Positions 1 through 13,605 of a stretch of 64,000 nucleotides of DNA are shown here, piece by piece. Made by a program: the position numbers and the translations under genes. The number at the start of each line of letters is the position of its first letter. Position 1 is the first letter of the stretch. The DNA lies in contig NC_045696.1 of the NCBI RefSeq assembly GCF_009834535.1, positions 65,598,001 through 65,662,000 of the forward strand. The letters are read 5' to 3'. The notes under the pieces were generated by a model. It was not told where the DNA came from. It searched no databases and saw only the letters and a list, made by a program, of their open reading frames with translations. Source of the stretch: Camelus ferus (taxonomy: Eukaryota).

Positions 1-2915
1 GAATACCCAGAAATGGAATAGCTGGATCATATGGTAGTTCAAATTTAACTTTTGAACAACTTCGATACTGTTTTCCATAGTGGATGTACCAATTTACATC
101 AGCAGTGTATGAAGGTTCCCTTTACCAAAAATCCTCATCAACATTTGCTATTTCTTGCCTTTTTGATAATAGCCATCCTGACAGATGTGAGGTGATATCT
201 CATTATGGTTTTGATTTGCATTTCCCTAATAATTAGTTGATATTGAGCACCTTTTCATGTGCCTGTTGGCCATCTTGTATGTCTTCTTCAGAAAAATGTC
301 TATTCAGCTCCTCTGCCCAATTTTTAATCAGGTGGTTTTTGTTGTTGTTTTGGAGTTGTATGGATTCTTTATAAATTTTGGATATTAACTCCTCTCAGAT
401 ATATCATTTGCAAATATCTTCTCCCATTCAGTAGGCTGTCTTTTTGTTTTGTTGATGGTTTCTTTTGCTGTGCAAAAGCTTTTTAGTTTGGTTAGGTCCC
501 ATTTGTTTATTTTTGTTTTTGTCTTCCTTGTCTGAGGAGACATGTCCAAAAAGATACTGCTAAGACTGATGTCAAAGAGTGTACTGCCTGTATTCCTTCT
601 AGGAGTTTTCTGGTATCAGGTCTTAATATCAAGTCTTTAATTCGCTTTGAGTTGATTTTTGTGTATGGTGTGAGATGTTGTTCTAGTTTCCTTCCTTCCC
701 TCCTCCCTCCCTCCCTCCTTTCCTTTTGTCCTTCCTTCCTCTATCCAGTCTTCCCAACACCACTGACTGGAAGAGACCATTCTTCATTGTATGTTCTTTG
801 CTCCTTTACAATAAATTGTCCACATATGGGTGGATTTATTTCTGGGGTCTCAGTTCTGTTCCATTGATCAATGTATGTTTTGTGTCAGTACCACACTGTT
901 TTCATTACTGTAACCTTATGGTGTAGTTTGAAGTGAGGGAGTGTGATGCTTCCAGCTTTGTTCTTTTCCCTCAGGATTGCTTTGGCTATCACAGGTCTTT
1001 CGTTGTTCAACATCAATTTTAGAGTCTTTTGTTCTATTTCTGTGCAAAATGCGCTTGGGATTTTGATAGAGATTGCATTGAATCTGTAGACTGCTTAGGG
1101 TAATATGGACAATTTAACAATGTTTATTCTTCTAATCCATGAGCACAGAATATCATCCCATTTATTTGTCTTCTTCAATTTCCTTCAACAATGTCTTATA
1201 TATTTTAATGAAAGGTCTTTTACCTCATTAGTTAAATTTATTTGTATGTATTTTATTCCCTGCTTTCATTGTATTCCACAGACTTTTTGGTATGTTATGT
1301 TTTCGTTTGTCTTCAGGTATTTTTTGATTTCTCCTTTAATTTCTTCACTGACCAAATAATTGTTCAGTAGTATGTTCAGTCTCCACATACTGATTTTTCC
1401 ACGTTCCTTATAGTTGATTTCTAGTTTCATACCATTGTAATAAAAAAAAAAAAGATGCTTGATATGATTTCAATCACCTTAAATTTATTGAGACTTATTT
1501 TGTATCTTACCTTCCTTTTTTCCCCTGGCTGCCTTTAAAATGCTTTCTTTGTGATTGACTGTGGACAATTTTAATATAATGTGTCTTGGAGAAGATATTT
1601 TTGCATTGAGATAATTAGGTGTTATGTTCACTTTATGGACTAGATCGTTCCCCAGATTTGGGAAGTTCTCAGATACTATTTCTTTAAATAAACTTTCCAC
1701 TCCCTTCTCCTTCTCTTCTCATTCTGGGATACCCATTACCCTAGTGTTGCCCTTCCAAAAAGAATCAGATAGTTATTAAATAACTTACTCACATTTTTAG
1801 ATCGTAATTCTCTTTTCCGGAACTTCCACCTGTATCATTTCTAGATTTGTTTCAAGCTCACTGTTCCTCTCTTCCATATGGTCTGCTCTGCTTCCAGTGT
1901 TTTCTAATGCATTCTTATCTCACTTATTGAATTCTTTAGCTCCAGATTTGGTCTTTTTCAGTTTCAGTTTCCTTGATAAAGTATTACTCTCTTCATTATT
2001 TATTCCTGAGCTCATTAAACTGCCTTTCTGAGTTTTCTTGTGGCTTATTGAGTTTCTTCTTGACAGCTATTTTGAATTCTCTAACAGATTATCAGTATTT
2101 TGTGACTTTAAATTTGGTTTCTGAAGAACTGTCATTTTCTTTTTGTAGGTACAGTTACTGTGGTTCTTCATGGTACTTAACGAGTTGTTCCTTTGTTAAT
2201 GCATTTATAGTAGTGAACACCTTCCTTCTTTAAAGTTTCTTTTCCCTTTAATTTGATTCTAAAGATTCAACAGGTTACAAATTAGAATTCTTTTATTTCC
2301 CAGTAAGTGGCATTATAGCACAATGTTTTGGTTTCTCTAATCTGAGCTGCCTCTGGTTATATTTGAGATCCTGCACTTTCCACCCTCCACCACCTGTCGG
2401 ACGTTTCACATCAGCTCTTACTGCTGCTTGTGTCACTGGGGTTGTCGGTGCCTCGCCACTGCTGCTGTCCTGGCATTGCTGTCTGGGGCACTGGGGTGGT
2501 GGCACTTCTGCAGCATGCAAGACCTCCTGAGCTGCAGGCTCTGCTGCTACAAGGGGAGGGAGCAAAGGAGAGGGGAGCCAAGGTCACGGGTGCCCCCCAC
2601 TGCAGGCAACCCTCTCGGGGGCTGGAGTCGTGAGCACCACCTTCCCTGCTGATGCCAGGTTCTATGGTGCCGCAGGCTCAGCTGCCATGGCCAGGGGACC
2701 AGGGTTGCAGGCACCGCCTCCACTGTTGCCCTGGTTTGAGATCTTCTATCTGTTCCACTCACCGTTAGATGTACAGATGTGTGGAATTCTCTGGCATCCT
2801 GGTGTGCTGGGCCGAGGCATCTTTGCTGAGTTGTGGATGTTTTACTGGCTGTAGATTGAAACGGAGGGACAAAGGAAATATCTCACTCTACCATGAGGTC
2901 GGTATCACTTGCCCC
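1..2915 (-). mobile_element. LINE-1 with intact 5' end and internal deletions (5' UTR ~2330-2915, ORF1 remnant ~1500-2230, ORF2 fragments ~1260-1500 and 1-1258); runs off the window start
   Basis: ORF 1485..1700 is ORF1p-like (ENFPNL, PRHIILKL, ILKAAR); 1-1258 is typical antisense ORF2 3' sequence; GC-rich 5' UTR. Confidence 0.88.
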
Positions 2916-3539
2916 ATGTTATTTTACTCTGTATCCTATAAAAGCCTTCCACCCCATTTTCCAGCTTGCCAGAAGACTCCACTTCATACTTTGTCCACTT
3001 AAATAATTTGTTTGCATCACCTAAATTGTCTTGTTTTTTAACACTCTGCACAGTAAATGGGGATCCCAAGAATGTCAAGGTCGGAGAGCCCTTCTTTCCA
3101 TTCATCAGTTTATTCAACACTGAAACTCCTGCACTGAGCTCCTACTATGTGTGAGATACTGTGCTCAGCAAGAATAAAATGTAATCCTAACCAAGGTTGT
3201 GTTTAGTGAGAAGTTAGTTTCCCAGCGTAGCCCACTTCGCCTTGAGAAATTTTTCATATTAGGTTCTGTTTGCATCTAAAATGAAATTACTAGTCTGCAT
3301 GTTTGGAGAAGGCGCGTTTAGTGGCTGGAAGCACAGTTTGATGGATAGTTTGCTACCTCCTGAGGCAGCCCCCACTAGGCAGCTTTGGACTGTTAGAATT
3401 CTGAGTTCATTTGTGCACTTTGTCAAAACCATCCTGGTTAGGTGGAGTCTGCATATTTACAAAATGTTCCTTTTTACTTTAGGGGTATTTTTACTAATGT
3501 TTGCCTTTTCTGGTATTTATCACAGCTTTCTTTTGGTAA

Positions 3540-4790
3540 GTGTTTTCGTGGAACTTTTTTTACTTTTAATCTTTCTGTATCATATATTTTAAATATTTCT
3601 TATAAGCAGCATATAATTTGGTTTTCTCCATCGGATAATCTATGCCTTTCAATTGGATCACTTAGTTCATAGTTAATATGACTAAGGTATTCAGGTTTGA
3701 ATTTGCCATCTAACTGCTTTGTACTTGCTTCATTTTTTTCTGTTTCTTTCAGATTGATTATATGTTGTTATTCCATTTCCCTCACTATTATCTTAGTCAT
3801 TTTACTGTTCTTTTACCACTCTTTTTGATGTTATAATGAAGATTACAGCAAGCACACTTGACATATCAAAGCCTAACAGAAGTATTTTTACCTCTTCCAC
3901 AACATTGCAGCAACTTTAGCTTGCTGCTCAGTGTGTTCTTAGACCGGAAGCATAAAAATCACCTGGGAGCTTGTTAAAATGCAAAATCTCCTGTCCCAGT
4001 CCAGACGTTTTGATCAAAATCTACAATTTAACAAGATCCCTAGATAATTCGTATATTAAAAGTTTGAGAAATACTGCTTTTCGGTATTTTAACTCCATTT
4101 ACTCTCATGATTCATATACCATTTTGTGTATTTTATTTATACTTTAAACCCACAAGGTTACCTTATCATTGTTTTAGACAGTCAATACTCATTTATATTT
4201 ACCAACAAATATGTACTTTTCACTTATATCTCTTTCCTTCTGTATTTTCTTTCATCTCAGATCTTTTTTCTTTTGCCTGAAGAACACATACATACTTCAC
4301 TGTGGCTTTTTGTAGTTCTTGCTTGAAAATTTAGTTCCGTGTTACTTTTAAAACTTCACTGTGGACATTTTCAAACATATATAAAAGTAGAGAGAATAGT
4401 ATAGTAAATCTGACTTACCCATCCCCAGCTATTGATACATAGCCAATCTTTTCTTTTTTATACCTCATGCATGCCCTATCCCCTGACACTGTATCATTTC
4501 ATTGATAAATATTTCAGTGTGGATTTCTGAAATATGAGAATCCTTTTTGTTTACAACACAACCCCAGTTATCATTATCATACCAAAGAAATTAACACTAA
4601 GTTCTTAATATCATCAAATATTGTCAGTATTCACATTTCCCCAATCACCTTATAGATTTCAGTCTATTTTCAACTAAAGTTTCGCTTGTATCTTTTATCT
4701 TTCCTTTTCTTCACTTTCTTTACAAATAAATTTATTTTGGAGAATTTTTGTTATTTGTTTTATAAAGTTTCTCACGTTTATTATTAACAT
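3540..4790 (-). mobile_element. Old, degraded LINE-1 fragments (L1MC/L1ME-like), interrupted by a MER5-type element
   Basis: T-rich antisense-L1 character; ttttcaaacatatataaaagtagagagaatagtata resembles old L1M 3' ends. Confidence 0.5.
3929..4077. mobile_element. MER5A-like hAT-Charlie MITE
   Basis: aatcacctgggagcttgttaaaatgcaaaatctc...tttaacaagatccc...aagtttgagaaatactg. Confidence 0.75.
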
Positions 4791-5184
4791 CTATTTTCAA
4801 AATCCACAGAGTGTCGTGTGGTATAGACTCAGTTGCTGCCCTCATGGAGTCTTTAATCATTCAGATGATTGTGGGAATATCCAGTTGCCCGATTTTCCCT
4901 CAAATACATCAACCAAGCCACCAACCACCACGCACAAAACAATGCCATTTTTCTAACCAATTTAGACTTGGGAGTATTTGTTGAGAATTTTAATGTACTA
5001 GGCATTAAGTTACAGTAAGTAGACGGAACTGGAGTAACAGAAAATGCTACTGTTGTTAAGTAAAGATATATTAGGGCTAACTCTGTAAAGAAGAAAAAAC
5101 AAATTAATATTCCCAGAACGTCCCATCCTTGAATGCAGTAAAGAAAACAAGAGGCAGAGTCCCCTGACTTAACAAATGGATGAC

Positions 5185-5190
5185 TTTATT
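5185..5190 (-). terminator. CCDC50: Distal polyadenylation signal AATAAA
   Basis: Minus strand: TGTA upstream, AATAAA, CA about 20 nt later, then a T/GT-rich element (ctcttgttttcttt). Confidence 0.65.
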
Positions 5191-8100
5191 AAGAGAAGGA
5201 CAAGACTGGTGTTTGCCTCAAAGCACTCAGGAAAACAAGCACACAGACTTATACAGTACTTTGGTTTAAAAATTATTTGTAGTATCAATGTTGAACCTGA
5301 TGTTAAAAGAATCAAATGGGACACAAGGTGTAAAAAACGAACAGCTGAAACACAAGTCTGCATAGATGAATTAATGGAGAGGTGTAACTGGCACTGGAGG
5401 GAGGCTTGAGCACTGGAGTCCAAACGACGTTACCATCTCAGCCTCCCGAGACACGTGACAAAGCCTCCAGCACCATTTTCTCATTTTCCCCAGTGAGGGC
5501 CCGAGCAGGACCTGCGCCGTGTGAAGGTGACCAGCCTAGCCCAAAAGGGTGCATACACACCCACCGGTACTCAACACCAGTCACCTTTAAGGCATCCACA
5601 GTGTCCCTCACAGTTTCACTTAATCTCTTCACAGGCATGTGGCTTGAGGTGGCCTCTGTTTTCTGTCCTCAGCCGGGCAACTCTGTTCCATTAAGGTTCT
5701 GCTCAGGTCCATGAAGTAACTGGATCAAAGCTGCCTTTCCCTTGGGGCTCGGCTACAAGCTGATGAGCAGCTGGGATAACATCTCACTTGTATTTATTTA
5801 AACATCTACATTCCAAATGTCAAAGGAGTTCTGACCAAAGGGTCCAAAACCACCTGGGCACCATGTAGGATCTCTCCAAAGGCGGTACTTTTCCTAATTG
5901 TAAGACGAATGTCAGCACCACCTCAAATTTCCTGAGCAACTCGATTTCCATGAGCAAACTCTTGTACTTTGTAATTCAGCACGTTTTCAAAATACAATAG
6001 CGTGCTGGGATGGGTTCTTCTTAAGGAAAACCGCATTACAGAGAATTCTCGCTCTGGAATGTCATTTTTCTATCCTACCTTCCCATAGTACTTTATGGAC
6101 TAAATACCAGGCAGTTGCCTTTAAGAGGCAGGCGAACAATACAGCCGTATCTGAGAAAGGGCATTCAGCTTTCAGTTCATTGGAAAAGCTGAAGTTACAG
6201 CCTACGAGAATCTCAGAGGCTGATTCAGTAAGAAATTTAAAAAATTCTGACATGAAGAACGCTGTCACTAATTAACAGCTAGAAACCATTTTAGCAATTA
6301 GAGTCTGAAACTCAGTGCGACAGAGACATATCCTCAGTATATGCTGGGCAACAGTATATTCTCTCAACCATCTGCTCTTTGCTGTTCTTTAATCCTTGCT
6401 CTTTTGTGAAGGAAATGTCGCTCAAACCCTGCCTTTCAGTTCCTCCATTCTTTCTATCGGAACCTCAGCAATGAATCATGGGGCACTAAGCTACACAATT
6501 AATTCTGTCCTTATCTGAAATGCTGAAACCAGCACAGTGCTGGCTCCCTATACTATGAAAATTTACTCAAAAAGAGAAGAACATTTTCTAGTTTGCTAAG
6601 AATACACACAAACATTTAAGTCTATTAGGAACATATTTCTAGGCAGTGTTCACAAAGATTTAAGGGCAAAGAGAATGGTTTTTGGGACCAGGTATTTCCA
6701 GAAATCAACATGATTTCTTAGCTGATTGTGTTAGTTTGTGGCATCAAATACAACCTTAAAAAACACTCTGGTGTCTTCCTTCCCGTAGCAAAAGTTTTCC
6801 TGGTGGATGTTCTCTTAAAAGTAATAAAATAGAAACACTCTTCACATCAACAAATCTCCCATTGGAGCAAACGTCTCTGTTTTGTTTGGTTTTCTCCTTT
6901 TTCTTTTTTGTTAATGTATGCATTTCAATACACAAGAGTGTTGGTGAAATTCTTACAAAACAGTAATGAGTGACTTCACTGCGTGACAGAACCTTTGGAA
7001 ATATCTTCTACACAGTCCTGCAGAAAAGGAGGACAGCCAGCTCTCCACCAGTCAGGAAGTGATCACCTGGAGGGCCTGGGCGGGAAGGTCTCTCTCCTAC
7101 CACCAGCCTTTATGATCACTGCTCATTCATTAGAGAGGCCACTTGAAATGAAATGATGTACCTAGCAGTGTGCATGTCGCCCCCAGCTCAGGGGGAGGAC
7201 GTCCACAGCTACTGAGGACAGGATGTTTGGGGCTCACCTGTGAATCTGGCACCTCAATGGAGAGCTGGCAGTCATTCATTCACACACAGAAATACAGTAC
7301 CCTGACCTTGGTCAGAATCAAACTAATTTAAGGCAACACTGCTCCTCACAGACATTGCTGGCAAGAAGTGCAGGTCTCATGAGAAAAGTGACTCTGTAGA
7401 AGTGGCTGTTTCCTACTTTACCCCTTCCTTGACTTCTCCAGAAGTTCAGCATTTCTAGCCAGAGTCCAACAGCAGGAGCAACAACAGCCTCAACTCCTCG
7501 CGTTGACAATCACGTCTATCATCAGGTGGAAAAGAGATTCTTCCAGGAGAATGTGGGCGACACTGTGCCCCATGCAGAATGACTAGGACCATCTCCAGTC
7601 TGCGCCCCCTGCCCGGATGACCTATGATGGACTAGGGAGGAAAAAGGATTCTATCAACAGGAAGAGAAGCAGTTATGGCTTTAAGACTCCCAGGCACCAC
7701 CAGATAGAAGGAAAAAATGGGACCATTTTATCTGATCGCTTCTCTGACTCTGAGCAGCAAGCAACGGGCAAGCACTTTAAGCCTGGTTTTCTCTTTTTGC
7801 TGAAAGAGCAGGTTTTGATTTTTTTTCAACGCTTGTTTCTAAAAAGCCGATGTTACCAGAACGTGGCGCACTGTGGAACAGTGACGTTCACCCGAAGTCC
7901 TGCCTTTCTGTATTAACGCTGCCCAAACAGCGCTTTCCCCACGGGGAAAAAAAGCCGTTGAGTGCAAGTTTCTTTGTTCTCAGTCCTTCAGAAAACTGCT
8001 TACACAGGCATCTCCCCTTTATTAGGCTGAGACGTTACAGCCAGTCACTCCGGTTATCCTTCAAGAAAACTGTCATTGAAGAAATGAATAGTCTTGGTAC

Positions 8101-11059
8101 TCCCCAAAGTGAACTTCACACAAAGACAAACACTCATTAAAAATCAAGGCCCTAAAATGTAAACCACTTACGTGGTAAACTGAATGCACCCTATGGTTCC
8201 AGGTGTTTCCAAAGAGCAACCTGGCACAAGACAGAATTCAGAGAATATTTGACAGGATTAAAGAAAAATAACTATCAGTTAAAAGTCAGCTATGTTTATA
8301 CTGAAAAGTCCTGCCACGGTGGCAAAGGTATGGACAAACTCAGCAGCGGATCTGGCATCACGCAGTCCAGCTGCAGGCCACAGCAGAGAAGGAAAAGGGG
8401 CAGACAGGTCCGGTTCACAATTTTCTCAAGTGAATTCAGTGGAACACAGGGCCCAAGGTCACACATTTTAGAATATGCTGATCTAGATCCCAATGGCCAC
8501 TGCCCTTCTAAAAAGGTTTTCCTCTCGGGAGCATCTACCTGTATCTTTTCTAGTCGAGACGTTCCTCTGTGAACGTCAAAAACCATGTGGTCTTTTCTGC
8601 AGTTCACTGGCCTGTTGCTGGTTGCTGTAAAGTCATTTGAGAAACAGTAATTCAGTGGTACGCAAAGTCACCTTCTAAAAATCTCAAATGTTATTTTAAC
8701 AAAACTGTCGAGTGTCCCAATAAAATTATACATAACAGTGGTTTGACACTAGAGACAAATTTGTTTTAACTCAGAACATTTAACTTAACCTGACCCTTAT
8801 CTAACCTTGCTTCCAGGCGATGACTTACAGAAAGTTCAGTTGTGGGGCGGGGGTACCATGTCCAGTAGCCTGAGGATGAGGCGCCGTAACACACTGTGCT
8901 CATTCAGCAACACTGATGTTAACAGGGCCTGGCCTCCAGACAACAGAGGTACAGGAACAGAAAGATCTTCCAAGGCCACAAGTGTTAGTTTACATCACGA
9001 CATTGAAGCGTAATACATCGTGGACCTAAACGTTAGATCGTGTGTGTTCCAGCAGTAGGAATGGGAACCAAATGAATGCTTCTGTATTTATATAAAACCG
9101 ACAAAGTGAAAAGCAGAGAACACAGTGAAGAATGTTTGGCAGTTCCTTAAATACAGTTGGTAGTTGCTTCCACAGTCTCAAAGGTAACAGGTTATCTGTA
9201 CGAGGATAAGAGGATTCAACTGGTTGAGTTCACTTAGTCTCCTTATTCACAGGGAAAGAATTACTCTGATGCTCCTTAAAAAGTGTTTGCTTCACAAAAA
9301 CATTAAATTAAATTAAAATATTTTAAAACTCTAATCTTTTAAAAACCTTAAAAAAAATAACAAATTTTCAATACAGATGCTGAATTGCGTATCACGAGGG
9401 AAACACCACCTCTGGTCACTCACTAAGACAGCTGAAACACGAACATCTAGTTAAGTGCTAAGTGACCTCACATTTTTTGAGTGAAATATATCCAGTTAGC
9501 ATTTTCAATAATAAATACGACTGGATGAAGTAGTACATGAGAGGCAAGAGAAATATAGAATTTTAAAAGCAGAACTGATCATTGTATGAGATAGAAAAAT
9601 AAACATTTATAAAATAAAAATACGGCAAATGATGTTGCCCATTTGCCTGATTTTCAAATAAAAATACAGTTTTTTTTTTCTTTAAAGCTACCATAAAAAA
9701 ACTTTTTAAAAATATGAAGCAAAATCACAGGGCAGACAAAGAAAAATATAGCATTTCTATAAATCAACAATGTCTAACCTTTGGATATTGAAGCCACCCT
9801 CTGGAATTTGATTTAAGGCTACGACCTCCATTTGGTCTGCCCTTGAGGATTTGTCCTCATTCACTTCATCACGGCCATTCAAAATCCTGTTATTTCCCTT
9901 TTCCTTATTTCTCCAAAATGACTACATCCCTAAAGTTTGTTTCTTTGCAGATGATCATTTTCCCGAAACTTAATTCTTAGGGTTTTTTTATACAAGTTCA
10001 TACAGTCCAAAACCTTTATGAAACTAAAGATCTTTCTTGAAATGAAAAACCCAAATCCACTCTGAGAAACTATTCTAAAAAGCTTCCTGAATACTCTCCT
10101 ACGTTGAAGACTATCTGGAAAGATAAGGCAAACAGAAGGCAGCTCCCAGTGGGGGAAAAATGGATTCTCAATCTTTTCCTCAAGTCACCTATAGATTTCT
10201 TTCCTAAACAAACACCACGCTGAAGTGCCAAAAATGTCAGAATCACACAATGAAAAATAATAGGCTGTTCAGCTGAAAGGATATTTATATCTGCAGCACG
10301 GCTGACACTTATGCTAACTAACTAGTTTGGGGAAATACGTGTCTCCATGAGGTTAGAAGCTGGACAAAAATTCCAGACTTCTTGAAGAGGGGCTTAAAGG
10401 CCCGGCACAAAGGAATCCAGTGCCCACGTCCCACCACTAACAAATGAGTAGAAACAAATACTTGGATGAAGAAGCACTTTATCAGCTTCAACTTCATGTC
10501 CAATGAAATCTACTTATTGACAGATACACAAAATATGTTGAGAGGTTGCCGAGCAATACTGTTCCTCAAGCGAGAGAAAAATTCTGATCTAGAGCCAGAG
10601 GAAACGATGGCACCATCGCTTACATAAACGTCTCCCCGGTTCACTCCGTTTCCCCTGGCTTTGTAAGTGAGTGTAAAATGAGAGAAGGGATACCAGGTTT
10701 TTCAATTTCAGCTGCTTTTACATAGACTTGGGACTTCATAGAAGTAAATTTTTGCCAGTAAATACTAATAAATGGTCCAATGCCCAGAGGCTTCAGAAAG
10801 CCTTGCTCCGAGGAAGCAAGAGCAGAGACGGTGCTGGAGAATGACCAATTTTCCCAGGAGAGTGTGTAAGGATATGTAAAACCTCTGCAGTCCTGGTGGT
10901 CAGAATTACATAATCCAACTCTCCTAGGTTTTTTGTGTTTTAAATACTTTATGGCTGTGATTTTTTTTTTCTTTTCCTGAAGGGTTAAAAAAGGAAAAGT
11001 CTCTGTCTTTCAATATATCATACACTAATGCAACAAAAAAAGGCTATTTCTTACATTCT

Positions 11060-11065
11060 TTTATT
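11060..11065 (-). terminator. CCDC50: Candidate proximal polyadenylation signal AATAAA
   Basis: Minus-strand AATAAA about 380 nt after the stop, followed by a T/GT-rich tract (ccttttttgttgc). Confidence 0.4.
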
Positions 11066-11441
11066 CTGTGTTGCGCCCAAACAGTATGTTTTACTTTACT
11101 CTCTCCACAAAATTCTAGTTGCTAAAGTCTATTCCCTAGATATCAACACTCCATACCTAATGAAAACGACATTTTATACAGCTCTCAGATACTATCCCAG
11201 GAAGCATATGCAGCATAGAGGTGGCCAATATTCAGAAGCTAGATTTCCTTGTACTGCCCAAGTGATCAGGAATAACCAAAACATTTTAAATGAATGAAAA
11301 TTATTTATGGTCAAAAAAACACTTGAGGATAAATCCCAGGAATACAAAATACAGGAGGAAAAAAATAAGCGTGGAATGCGTTCTGTATCATCCAGTAATT
11401 TTGCTACAGTGAGTCCGTTTTCAAGGCAGATTCCTAGGTTT

Positions 11442-11461
11442 TTACGGCTTATAATGGAAAC
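11442..11461 (-). CDS. CCDC50: CCDC50 last coding exon 12, CDS part (20 nt): GFHYKP-stop
   Basis: Pyrimidine tract, then ccccag|GTTTCCATTATAAGCCGTAA; the human protein ends GFHYKH as recalled. Confidence 0.93.
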
Positions 11462-11608
11462 CTGGGGAGAGGAGGAAAAAGAAGAAAAATGATTAAGGAA
11501 AAAATATCTTTCAAACTGTTTTTCTCCCTGCTCAGACAAAATACTGTATCTTTATTTCTATGCCATTTCATGTGGTTCATCTTTTGTTTGTTCTTAGTTC
11601 TAAGAATA

Positions 11609-11934
11609 TAGTCAGCTCTCTATATCCGCAGGTTCCACACCCACAGATTCAACCAAACATGGATCAAAAATATTCAGAAAAAAAAAAGAAAAAACTTCCA
11701 GGAAGTTCTAAGAAGCAAAACTTGAATTGTCCATGTGTTGGCAACTATTTACACAGCAATTTTACATTGTATTAGGCACTATAATAAGTCTAGAGATGAT
11801 TTAAAGTATAGGGGAGGATGTGAGCAGGTCATATGCAAATACCATGCTATTTTATGTAAGGGGCTTGAGTATCCAGGATTTGAGACCCTCAGGGGTCCTG
11901 GATCCAATCCCCTGCAGATACCTATGGACAACTG
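11609..11934. mobile_element. TcMar-Tigger MITE (Tigger3/MER2-like)
   Basis: Imperfect TIRs (tagtcagctctctatatccgcagg / cctgcagatacctatggacaactg), flanking TA, characteristic internal tctagagatgatttaaagtata. Confidence 0.85.
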
Positions 11935-12608
11935 TATTTATACTCAGAATCAATGTATTATTTTAACATTATGTATCCAACGTGTCAAGGACAGGAAGGC
12001 ACCACTTAAAAAGTAATGCGTGTTTGTAATTTGAGACAAAAAATCAGGAGCTACCTCCAGTTAAACAAGGGATGGTGAAAAGGCCACCAGATGATAAAAA
12101 TCGTAGCATATAGGTTGTTTTGATAATGTCCAACTAATCTCATCTTTTAAATGATGTCTTTTTGTCTTATTTTCAACATTGGGTGAATATCAGAACGACA
12201 GGGGAGCAGGAGGAGAGCTTTTAAAAAAATACAAATGCCTGGCAAACCTTGCTCCCAGAAATTCTAATTTAATTATGACCTCATTTTATGAATGTCATAA
12301 AAATACACATAAGTGAATACATATGCTTGGTAGAGGGACTAGACCCGATTACTCCTTTCACTTTAAAGACGTGGTCCAGATTAGATCTCATTTTTTTTTC
12401 TCATTTTCTTCATCTTATTTTTCTTGTGCAGAAGAGTTCTGTGTGATGTGTGTATGTATGTGTGTATTTTAATCTAATTAATAACAGTCATGGGCAGATG
12501 GGAAACGAGCCAGAATAGAAAGAGCCAAGTAGATCTAAATGGGGAACACAGTCACCCTTTACGAATGTGATAAAAACGTATGAACTCTCCCAGGAGAAAA
12601 CGCAAGTA

Positions 12609-12810
12609 CAGCTGACCTTTGAACAATGCGGGGGTTAGGGAGCTGCACAGTTGAAAGTCCACGTACAATTTCCAGTTGGCCATCTGTATACACATCTGCA
12701 GCTTCGACCAACGTGGGATGGTGCGGTACTGTGGTACTTACTACTGAAAAAAATCTGAGTATACATGGACCCCGGTGCAGTTCAAACCTGTGTTGCTCAA
12801 GGGTCAACTA
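12609..12810. mobile_element. TcMar-Tigger MITE (Tigger2a-like)
   Basis: TIRs cagctgacctttgaacaa / ttgctcaagggtcaact with TA flanks. Confidence 0.85.
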
Positions 12811-13028
12811 ACCACACACAGAAAATCCTGCATTCAATTTAAGATGTCTGCTTTCTGTTTTTTATTCTTTTTTGTTTGTTTTTAATAAATGAAGAATACT
12901 ATAATGATCTGCTGAGAAGGATAACTTATTTTTCCATTCTAGTGATTTGTAAGACAGCATCTGATTTCTCCACCGTAGTGTGAGGATTATGAAAAAAGAT
13001 CTTAAGCCTGACCATAGATTTTTCTTAC

Positions 13029-13135
13029 CTTTATGAGAAGACTCTGACTTTGAGAAATGACGTGTAGAATTATGCTGGTTTGTAAAATGAGTGTAAGCCA
13101 AATCCTCAGCATCTGTCACAGGAGGTGGTGGTGGC
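13029..13135 (-). CDS. CCDC50: CCDC50 exon 11 (107 nt, phase 2-1): [35 protein letters not shown]
   Basis: cctcag|GCCACCACC...CATAAAG|gtaaga; visible within ORF 12862..13119. Confidence 0.96.
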
Positions 13136-13591
13136 CTGAGGGAGGTCAGAATTTAAAGAGATATTCTAAGCAGTGATGACTACAGTTCCACCTCTCACTG
13201 GGTCACTTGGTAAAAATATTTTTGGTAGAAACACAAAGCCAGAATATTGTATAATACTCCTGTTGATTCCTGACCAGTTGCATGACTGTGGATAAATTAT
13301 TTAATCTTACTTTTTCTTTGTTTTGATACACAGAATTCAATAAAAAGAAATACTTGCTGAACACCTAACGTGTGTGGCATTTGTGCTAAGGGCTACAGAG
13401 CAAAGATGGATGAGATGTGATCACTGCCGTTAATGAGAAATTTATTTTGTTTTGGTGGTTTTTATGAAGAAAAAGAGAAAGAAAGGAAAGGATAGAAAGG
13501 AAGAAAGTAATTAGGGGAGAGAGGGCGGCAGGTAAGAGAGGATGGAGGGGAAATAGGTCAACATAGAAAATTTAGAGCAAAGTTCCTTACA

Positions 13592-13605
13592 CCACTAGGT
13601 GGCAG
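13592..13605 (+). promoter_or_regulatory. CTCF core motif CCACTAGGTGGCAG (intron 10)
   Basis: Close match to the CTCF core consensus CCAC(C/T)AG(G/A)(G/T)GGC(A/G). Confidence 0.6.

Larger units (their letters stand above)
5165..11441 (-). other. CCDC50: CCDC50 long 3' UTR (~6.3 kb; 3' end inferred)
   Basis: Repeat-poor stretch after the stop codon, ending at a well-formed poly(A) signal; the human gene is known to have a multi-kb 3' UTR. Confidence 0.65.

Noticed and set aside
2293..3002. Cluster of short ORFs in GC-rich sequence
   Set aside because: Fall within the L1 5' UTR; explained by low stop-codon density
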